A stretch of 64,000 nucleotides of DNA. Source: Desulfosoma sp. (GTDB lineage: Bacteria > Desulfobacterota > Syntrophobacteria > Syntrophobacterales > DSM-9756). Below, piece by piece: positions 57,505 to 64,000 of this stretch. Numbering within the stretch: the first letter of the stretch is position 1; each line of letters opens with the position of its first letter. The notes beneath the pieces are model-generated. The model had not been told where the DNA came from. It was given only the letters and a program-made list of their open reading frames with translations, and made no database searches. A program made the position numbers and the translations under genes. The stretch spans positions 67,462 to 131,461 of the forward strand of contig JBBFKW010000003.1 in NCBI GenBank assembly GCA_037481835.1, given 5' to 3'.

Positions 57505-58005
57505 TCACATCTTGTACTTGCCGAAATCTTCGGGGTCGAGTTTTTCCAGCAGTTCTTCCAGGTTTTCCTTGTCTTCCTGGCGGAAGACGGGGTGTGTGTC
57601 CTTTTCGCCGACCTTTTGGGAGCGCTTGAGCACGTCTTCCTTCACGTAGATGGGCGCGTTGGTGCGAAGGGCAATGGCGATGGCGTCGCTCGGCCGGGAA
57701 TCGATGGGGGTTACGCCGAGCTCCGTCCTGAGGTAGATCAAGGCGTAGTAAGTGTTTTCCTTGAGGTCGCAGACTTCGATCTTTTCCACCTGCACATGGA
57801 GGTGATCCAGCAGATTTTTCACCAGGTCGTGGGTCATAGGGCGCGGGAACTTGATCTTTTCCAATTCCGTGGCGATGGAGGTGGCTTCCAGCAATCCGAT
57901 CCAAATGGGCAGGTGGTCGTCCCCATCGGGGTCGTTCAAAATGACGATGGGAGTGTTGGTCTGCGGGTCCATGACCAAACCGGCGACCTTCATCAATCGA
58001 TACAT
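57505..58005 (-). CDS. Bifunctional nuclease family (DUF151) protein
   Basis: LPIWIG..EA, RPMTHDL, DSRPSDAIAIAL. Confidence 0.9.
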   Translation of the reverse strand: MYRLMKVAGLVMDPQTNTPIVILNDPDGDDHLPIWIGLLEATSIATELEKIKFPRPMTHDLVKNLLDHLHVQVEKIEVCDLKENTYYALIYLRTELGVTPIDSRPSDAIAIALRTNAPIYVKEDVLKRSQKVGEKDTHPVFRQEDKENLEELLEKLDPEDFGKYKM

Positions 58006-58069
58006 GAGATCTCCTTGCGTGGGCGAAAGAGCGCGGGCCGGACCAGGGATCTTCGGCCCGTGCCGAGGT

Positions 58070-59503
58070 TCACGGCCCCTGAGCGTCTGGGTCGCCGTCC
58101 GTGGGACGCCGATTGGGCGACGGCCCAGCCTCTGCCTGCGAACATTCCCCGACCGCCAGCCGCCCTTTGAGCGAGTGCGCGTAGGCTTCCGTGATTTTCA
58201 CCGATACGATGCGCCCTTTCAATGCCGCGGAGCCGGAAAAATTGACGATGCGATTTTGGGGGGTGCGCCCGCTCATCTGGCCTTCTCCGGCCTTGCTTTC
58301 CGATTCCACCAAAACGGGGCGGATGCGGCCGACTTCTTCCCGGTTCTTTTCCAAAGTGATGGACGCCTGCAGCCCCTGCAGCTCGGTCAGGCGCCGCGCC
58401 TTCACATCATCGCTCACTTTATCGGGAAAGAGGCGTGCGGCGGCAAAGGGGCGGTCCGAGTAACGGAAGGAAAAGAGCGTATCGAAGCGCACGGCTCGCA
58501 TGAGGTCCAAGGTCGCCTGAAAATCCTCTCCGGTTTCTCCGGGAAAGCCCACCATGACGTCGGCGGAAAGGGCGATTTCCGGGCAGGCGGACCGCAGCAG
58601 GTCCACTTTGCGCCGATAGTCTTTCGCCGTGTATCGCCGATTCATCCTTTCCAGAACCCGATCGGAACCCGCTTGGAACGGCAGATGGATGTGGGGGCAG
58701 AGCTGAGGAATGTCCGCAAAGCATTGGACCAGATCTTCGGTGAGATCCTTGGGGTGGGACGTGGTGAACCGGATACGGGCCACGTCGGTTTCCCGCGCGA
58801 TGAGGCGCAGAAGATCCGAAAAGCGCGGTTCGCCTTCCAGCCCTCTGCCGTAGCTGTTGACGTTCTGTCCCAGAAGAAGGACTTCCTTCGCCCCCTTTTC
58901 CACAAGGAGCTGCACTTCCCGGAGAATATCCCATACAGGGCGGCTCCTTTCACGGCCCCGCACATAGGGCACGATGCAGTAGGTGCAAAAATTGTCACAG
59001 CCTTGCATAACCGTGACCGGTGCGACGACGTCCGTGTGCCACGCGTCGGTTTGGCCGAACAGTTCCCGCCATCCTTCTTCGTCGTGGTCCGGCAGGTGAG
59101 CGATCCTCGAGGTTCCATGGCGCGCGGAGTCCACAAGGCGGGGCAGGGATCCCAGGGCGCGCGTGCCCACCACGAGGTCCACGTAGGGGAACCGCTCCAG
59201 CAGGGCGGAACCCAGCTGCTGGGCCACGCAGCCGCCGACGACGATGATGAGGGACGGTTTCCTCTGTTTGAGGCGGCGAAGGCGCCCCAGGAGGGAAAAG
59301 ACCTTCTGTTCGGCCTTTTCCCGGACGGAACACGTGTTGATGAAGATGACGTCTGCTTCGGACGGATCCGGGCAGAGGGTGTAGCCGTCCTGGGCGAGCA
59401 GGCGCTGCACGCGCAGGGAGTCGTATTCGTTCATCTGGCAGCCGAAGGTATGCACGAAGAGCCCCAAGGGGCGGGCTGCCTGGGCTAGACCAAGTCCTTC
59501 CAT
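58070..59503 (-). CDS. miaB: tRNA-2-methylthio-N6-isopentenyladenosine synthase
   Basis: TFGCQMNEYDS, NTCSVREKAE, GCVAQ, GCDNFCTYCIVP, GRERSR, VGFPGET, TRAM domain. Start approximate. Confidence 0.96.
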   Translation of the reverse strand: MEGLGLAQAARPLGLFVHTFGCQMNEYDSLRVQRLLAQDGYTLCPDPSEADVIFINTCSVREKAEQKVFSLLGRLRRLKQRKPSLIIVVGGCVAQQLGSALLERFPYVDLVVGTRALGSLPRLVDSARHGTSRIAHLPDHDEEGWRELFGQTDAWHTDVVAPVTVMQGCDNFCTYCIVPYVRGRERSRPVWDILREVQLLVEKGAKEVLLLGQNVNSYGRGLEGEPRFSDLLRLIARETDVARIRFTTSHPKDLTEDLVQCFADIPQLCPHIHLPFQAGSDRVLERMNRRYTAKDYRRKVDLLRSACPEIALSADVMVGFPGETGEDFQATLDLMRAVRFDTLFSFRYSDRPFAAARLFPDKVSDDVKARRLTELQGLQASITLEKNREEVGRIRPVLVESESKAGEGQMSGRTPQNRIVNFSGSAALKGRIVSVKITEAYAHSLKGRLAVGECSQAEAGPSPNRRPTDGDPDAQGP

Positions 59504-60288
59504 TCTTTCGACCTGATGTCCTTTTCGCTCAGTCGGATGTTGGCCAAGGAAAGACGCCGGGCGAGAGTGCCGATGAGTTTCATGGCCAGTTGGGGGTTTT
59601 CGGAAACGATGTGTTCGAGGCGCTGAGGGCGAAAGACCTGGACCAGGCTTTCGCCCAGGCTGGTCACCGTGGCTTGACGGGGCGCCTTGAGGAGGCATGC
59701 CATTTCGCCGAAAAAATCCCCCGGCCGGTCGATGCGCCCGATTTCCACGCCTCTGAGGGTCACGCGAAGGCCGGCATCGCTGGAGACGAGCCGATAGAAT
59801 TCCTGGCTGTCTTCGCCTTCCCTGATGATGACTTCACCGTCCCGGTAATGGCGCACTTCCACGTCGCTGGACAGGACAAAGGCTTCTTCCCCGTTGGCGG
59901 CGAGGGCCGCATCGGTCAGTTGCCGGAGCAGGGACAGGACCAATTCCCGAAAGGCTCTAGGCCGCGTGTACAGGAAGTCGTCAAAGGCTTCGGCATCGTA
60001 GACCATGACGCGGCACGGCGTGGACGCTCTGGCGGAAAAGGGCGATCTTTTCTTGAAAACCATGGCTTCCAGCCCAAAGACATCCTTTTCGCCGAGCACC
60101 CGGATCTTGCGGTCTCCCCGAAGGAGGCGCACCCGTCCCGAGAGAATGACGTAGAAGGCATTCACCGGATCGTTTTCGGCAAGGATGAGCTCCCCTTCCT
60201 GATAGGTTCGGGCTTGTCCAGGGTAGGGCTGCGGCCGGCCGGGGTCGTCCGAGCCGGCGCCCGCGGGTGGAAAGGATTCGTCGGTCAT
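59485..60288 (-). CDS. Tandem cyclic-nucleotide-binding domain protein
   Basis: Two cNMP-like repeats (FGLEA..SARA; FFGEMA..RQATV); no HTH. Confidence 0.85.
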   Translation of the reverse strand: MTDESFPPAGAGSDDPGRPQPYPGQARTYQEGELILAENDPVNAFYVILSGRVRLLRGDRKIRVLGEKDVFGLEAMVFKKRSPFSARASTPCRVMVYDAEAFDDFLYTRPRAFRELVLSLLRQLTDAALAANGEEAFVLSSDVEVRHYRDGEVIIREGEDSQEFYRLVSSDAGLRVTLRGVEIGRIDRPGDFFGEMACLLKAPRQATVTSLGESLVQVFRPQRLEHIVSENPQLAMKLIGTLARRLSLANIRLSEKDIRSKEWKDLV

Positions 60289-60386
60289 GGGCTGTCGCCT
60301 CGCGTCGTTATGCCTTCTTTGAGCGTGGTTTGTCCGGGAATCTTGGGGACGCTTCGGCCCCTTTTCCTCTTAGACGAACGGCCGCC

Positions 60387-60626
60387 TTATTGCAAGGGGC
60401 TGCCCTCTTTAAAGAATCGGATCCCCAAGCGCTCCCGTTCGCCGTGAAGGATATCCATCAGGTCCACTTCGCATCCCGGGGCGACGGCGATGCGCACCTG
60501 AGCCAGCTCAGGGTCTTCGGTACTCACAACGCCCAGTCCCTCGTAGGCTTCGATGATGGACGTGAGCAGGTGAATGCTTCGGGGATGGACCCACACTTGA
60601 ACGACCGTGCACCGACTGGCATCCAT
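60387..60626 (-). CDS. DUF4911-like small protein
   Basis: IHLLTSIIEAYEGLGVVST pattern. Confidence 0.7.
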   Translation of the reverse strand: MDASRCTVVQVWVHPRSIHLLTSIIEAYEGLGVVSTEDPELAQVRIAVAPGCEVDLMDILHGERERLGIRFFKEGSPLQ

Positions 60627-60824
60627 GGGACGGATATCCTTTAACTTTCGGCTTTGTTTTGCAAACGCCCTTATGATAGCAATGAAATCAAAGCGACGAA
60701 AAGGAATTGTGCGACGCGTGGAGGCCTCTTCGGCCGCCGCAGCGGCGTGAAGTCTCTACCGAAAAAAGTTTCGCTACAGGCGGCGCAAACGCACCTGCGG
60801 GTGCGCCCTCGGGGTGAAGGATCC

Positions 60825-62207
60825 ATGAGAGGAAGGTTCGGCGCACGATGCGCCTTCATTGTGGTCTGGACCGTTTTCAGCCTCCTGGCAACGGCCAAGC
60901 CAGGCGCGGCCCAAGGGGCGTCCCAGACTTTCGTGGCCCAAGGCACCGCCCCCCTTCAGCCGGCCAACCGGCCCCAGAGCCGATCCCAAGCCCTGGAGGA
61001 TCTCCTTCGCCAGGCGGTTCTGCAGGCCTTGGGCACGTTTGTTCCCGGACAGGTGCTGGCTCAGAAAAACAAGGAAATCCGTAAAGACATTCTCGCCCAA
61101 TCCGAGCGGTACGCGAAAAGCTTCAAGATCCTGGGGGAATACGTGGACGGGGACTTGTACCGGATCCAGGGAGCGGTGGATGTGGCCATGGGGGCCCTGC
61201 GATCCGATGCGGAAAAGCTGGGCCTTACGCCGGCCGGCGCGGTGTCCCCGGGGGAAGCCCCTTCGGAGCCGAAGCCCCAGGAGTCGTCCTCCAAGGAAGA
61301 GCCCCAGCCGGAATCCTCCCCCAAGGCTCAGCCCCCCTCGGATCGCTCATCCCCTGAAGAAACTCCGGTAAAGCGGGTGCTGTGGGCTGTGGCCGAAAAC
61401 TGGGACGGGTCCTGGCGTTTTCCCGCCGAAGAAAACGCATGGGCTCAGGGGAGCTTAGGCGAATGGGCCGCGCAGGAAGCGGCGGACTACGGGTGGCGTT
61501 TGGACCTCCTTGCGGCGCCTGCGGCCCCGAAGGCGCCGCCGTGGGATGAGGAAAGTCAAAGACAGGTCATGGATCAGGCCCGCCGGCACGGGCAGTCCCA
61601 CGTCGTTTTGGGAACCGCCCGGCGTTCCGGAAACGTTTTGGAACTTCGTCTGAAGCTGGTGGAAGCGGCTTCGGGCCGAGTCCTAAACGTTACGGAAGAA
61701 CGCGTATCCACACCCGATGGGGATGTGAGCGACGGACTCATCACCCTGGCCGCCGTGGCGGTTTCCAAGGTGGATGCGGCCCTTTCGGGCGCCGTGGTTT
61801 CATCGCCGACCCAACCCCAGCAGCGGCCCCAACCCCTGGAGCAGCCCCAGCCGTCCCAAGCGTCCGTGCCTTCCGGACCGCCATCGCCGCTTCCCAGCGG
61901 AGCATGGGAAATCGCCGTTAAGGGCGATGCGTCCTACGCGGCCTGGTTGTCCATGGAAAAGAAGCTTTTGCAAACGTCCAAGGAATTCACCGTGGATTCG
62001 GTGGTTTTGGAAACCGATGCCGTAGTGGTTCGGGCGAAAAATGTGGATCCCGACAAGGTCAAGGGGGTGGACGGGATGCGCGTCGGCCTCAATCTCGTGC
62101 TGCGGCTGGAAGGGATCGACCCGGCGGCTCGAAAGATCACCATGACGGTCGCCCCGATGACGGCGGAGCCTGAAGTTCCCAAAGACCGTGAATCGAAAGC
62201 CCCATGA
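60825..62207 (+). CDS. Exported protein with an FlgT-N-like domain and Pro-rich linkers
   Basis: Signal peptide; AL..LLRQAV.QA..., Y.KSFKILGE pattern; P/Q/S-rich linkers. Confidence 0.6.
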   Translation: MRGRFGARCAFIVVWTVFSLLATAKPGAAQGASQTFVAQGTAPLQPANRPQSRSQALEDLLRQAVLQALGTFVPGQVLAQKNKEIRKDILAQSERYAKSFKILGEYVDGDLYRIQGAVDVAMGALRSDAEKLGLTPAGAVSPGEAPSEPKPQESSSKEEPQPESSPKAQPPSDRSSPEETPVKRVLWAVAENWDGSWRFPAEENAWAQGSLGEWAAQEAADYGWRLDLLAAPAAPKAPPWDEESQRQVMDQARRHGQSHVVLGTARRSGNVLELRLKLVEAASGRVLNVTEERVSTPDGDVSDGLITLAAVAVSKVDAALSGAVVSSPTQPQQRPQPLEQPQPSQASVPSGPPSPLPSGAWEIAVKGDASYAAWLSMEKKLLQTSKEFTVDSVVLETDAVVVRAKNVDPDKVKGVDGMRVGLNLVLRLEGIDPAARKITMTVAPMTAEPEVPKDRESKAP

Positions 62208-62761
62208 CCATCCCCAACATCCTCACACTCATCCGCATTCTGCTCACCCCGCTTCTGGTGTGGCTCCTGCTCAACGAAAAGCTCACGGCGGCCCTGGCGG
62301 TTTTTTTCCTTGCAGGGATCACCGACGGCTTGGACGGATTCATCGCCCGCGTCTTTCATCAGAAGAGCCGCCTGGGCGCCTACCTGGATCCGCTGGCGGA
62401 CAAGATCCTTCTCGTGAGCAGCTTCATCCTGTTGGGGCACATGAATCTTTTGCCCAATGCCCTGGTGGTGGCCGCGGTCAGCCGGGACGTGCTGATCCTG
62501 ACCGGGGTCATGACCCTGACCTTTTTCCAGGTGCCTCTGGAAATCCGCCCCAGCGTCCTGAGTAAGCTCACCACCTTGGCGCAGATCGTCACCGTCCTGG
62601 TGACCCTTTCGCACCCGCTGGCGTCGTGGGCGCCGTGGTTTCGCAAAAGCCTGTACGTCGTCACGGGGCTGCTTACCGTCGCCAGCGGTTTCCATTACAC
62701 GATCCTGGGGTTTCGCATCTGGGAGCGGAACCGCCCCGTCGGCACCGACGGATCCTCGTGA
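62204..62761 (+). CDS. CDP-alcohol phosphatidyltransferase (PgsA-like)
   Basis: IPNILTLIR, TDGLDGFIAR, GAYLDPLADK. Confidence 0.92.
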   Translation: MTIPNILTLIRILLTPLLVWLLLNEKLTAALAVFFLAGITDGLDGFIARVFHQKSRLGAYLDPLADKILLVSSFILLGHMNLLPNALVVAAVSRDVLILTGVMTLTFFQVPLEIRPSVLSKLTTLAQIVTVLVTLSHPLASWAPWFRKSLYVVTGLLTVASGFHYTILGFRIWERNRPVGTDGSS

Positions 62762-62788
62762 CGCCGAAGCGCCCGTGCAGCATTTCCC

Positions 62789-62818
62789 TTGACACGGCGG
62801 GGGCACATTGGCTATAGC
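62789..62818 (+). promoter_or_regulatory. Sigma70 promoter of tRNA-Val
   Basis: TTGACA-18 nt-TATAGC, 14 nt before the tRNA. Confidence 0.7.
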
Positions 62819-62832
62819 AGGTCCAACTTCGT

Positions 62833-62907
62833 AGGCACGTAGCTCAGTGGGAGAGCGCTACCTTGACGCGGTAGAAGTCGGCGGTTCAATCCCGCCCGTG
62901 CCTACCA
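62833..62907 (+). tRNA. tRNA-Val(GAC)
   Basis: Acceptor AGGCACG/CGTGCCT, D-arm TAGCTCAG..GAGC, anticodon arm CTACC-TTGACGC-GGTAG, T-loop GGTTCAAT, encoded CCA. Confidence 0.97.
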
Positions 62908-63039
62908 TCCGACCCTCTAAGCAGGGTCCGCGGCATTGTCACAGAGCACAGGCACCGAAGGATGGTTTAAGGCTCGCGGGTGAAACATCACGCGGTACGG
63001 ATTCTTCCTTCCAGCGCCCAGACAGGTTGAATCGAGTGC

Positions 63040-63078
63040 AAGCATCAGATCCGTCTCGAGGCGGCTGATGCTTTTTTT
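63040..63078 (+). terminator. Intrinsic terminator between tRNA-Val and thrS
   Basis: AAGCATCAG 63040-63048 pairs with CTGATGCTT 63065-63073, followed by a T-run to 63078. Confidence 0.8.
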
Positions 63079-63139
63079 ATGAAATGCGGCGGCTGTTGTG
63101 CCGTGACGGTGCCGCCGAGAAAAGGGGACGAAAGACATC

Positions 63140-64000
63140 ATGGCGGAACAATCGGAGCATGTTCGTGTGACGCTGTCGGACGGGTCGTCCGTGGAGGTGC
63201 CCAAGGGGGCGACCGTGGCGGACGCCTTGGAGGCGTGGAAAAAATCCAAGAACGGGTGGGTGGCCGCCCGCCTGAACGGCCGACTGCTGGATCTCACCTC
63301 GCCCATTGAGGACGGCGGCACGTTGGAGCCGCTTTCGCCGGAAAGCCCCGAGGGCCTGGAAATCCTTCGGCACAGCACGTCTCACATCATGGCCCAAGCC
63401 GTCCAAGAACTGTTTCCGGGAACCAAGATCGCCATCGGGCCCGCCATCGAGAACGGCTTTTACTACGACTTCGACATGGCCCAGCCCTTCAGCCCCGAGG
63501 ACCTGGAAAAGATAGAAGCCAAAATGGCTGAAATCATCGAGGCCAAGCTTCCATTCCGGCGCGAGGAATGGGAGCGGGAAAAGGCCGTCGCCCTGTTCCG
63601 GGAGCGGGGGGAAAAATACAAGGTGGAGCTTCTGGAAGAAATCCAGGAGCCCACGGTGTCCGTGTACCGGCAGGGGAACTTCGTGGACCTGTGCCGGGGC
63701 CCGCACATCCCCCACACGGGCTACGTCAAGGCCTACAAGTTGCTCTCCCTCGCCGGGGCCTATTGGCGAGGGGACGAACGCAACCCCATGCTCCAGCGCA
63801 TCTACGGCACCGTCTTTCCCGACAAGAAGGCCTTGAAGAAGTATCTGGACTTTCTGGCGGAAGCCCAGCGGCGCGATCACCGGAGGCTGGGGCGGGAATT
63901 GGATCTTTTCAGCTTTTCCGATGAAGTGGGCGCCGGCATGGTGATTTACCACCCGAAGGGGGCCTTGCTGCGCCACATCTTGGAAACCTTCGAAAAGAAA
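63140..64000 (+). CDS. thrS: Threonyl-tRNA synthetase, 3'-truncated by the window edge
   Basis: TGS domain, RHSTSHIMAQAV, GPAIENGFYYDF, DLCRGPH, AGAYWRGD, LQRIYG, RDHRRLG. Confidence 0.97.
   Translation, partial: MAEQSEHVRVTLSDGSSVEVPKGATVADALEAWKKSKNGWVAARLNGRLLDLTSPIEDGGTLEPLSPESPEGLEILRHSTSHIMAQAVQELFPGTKIAIGPAIENGFYYDFDMAQPFSPEDLEKIEAKMAEIIEAKLPFRREEWEREKAVALFRERGEKYKVELLEEIQEPTVSVYRQGNFVDLCRGPHIPHTGYVKAYKLLSLAGAYWRGDERNPMLQRIYGTVFPDKKALKKYLDFLAEAQRRDHRRLGRELDLFSFSDEVGAGMVIYHPKGALLRHILETFEKK

Noticed and set aside
62833-62907. G at position 37 of tRNA-Val(GAC) as an anomaly; tRNA as an integration site
   Set aside because: G37 is known in other tRNA-Val(GAC) genes, and no integrase or duplicated 3' end follows.
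62908-63078. Canonical T-box riboswitch for thrS
   Set aside because: No UGGNACC antiterminator bulge and no recognisable specifier loop; kept only as a non-canonical candidate.

Overview
A GC-rich chromosomal window, most likely from a sulfate-reducing Desulfobacterota of the Syntrophobacteria type (inferred from gene content and order, not proven). No CRISPR array, rRNA or transposase was found. Left to right: (1) the tail of an uncharacterised operon with two divergent class III CoA-transferases and four small unknown proteins, two of them Cys-rich; (2) an MBL-TPR protein and a pseudo-receiver; (3) an alcohol-oxidation module (tungsten AOR, glutaredoxin, Fe-ADH, sigma54 response regulator, PAS kinase, ErcA-like ADH); (4) a tightly packed minus-strand run from 27481 to 10389 that includes a poly-gamma-glutamate-hydrolase-family gene, a GT28-like glycosyltransferase, a MacB/FtsX-type ABC system with a 1594-aa pseudo-M28-peptidase/permease fusion, two OPT-like membrane proteins and a fused double glycosyltransferase; this is the best candidate for an undescribed system; (5) mostly housekeeping genes (ROK kinase, moaA, fbp, tsaD, rsmA, panC, panD, metK, ahcY, mltA, M16 peptidase, YcaO-TPR, RNase D, Smr, ade, miaB, tRNA-Val(GAC), start of thrS). 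Intergenic DNA carries several repeat families: 10 copies of a 31-nt GTAG-type REP, and MITEs with 15-bp TIRs inserted at CTAG, in two cases at stop codons. Two leaders contain terminators (upstream of panC and of thrS). All family assignments come from motif recognition by eye; no database search was run.
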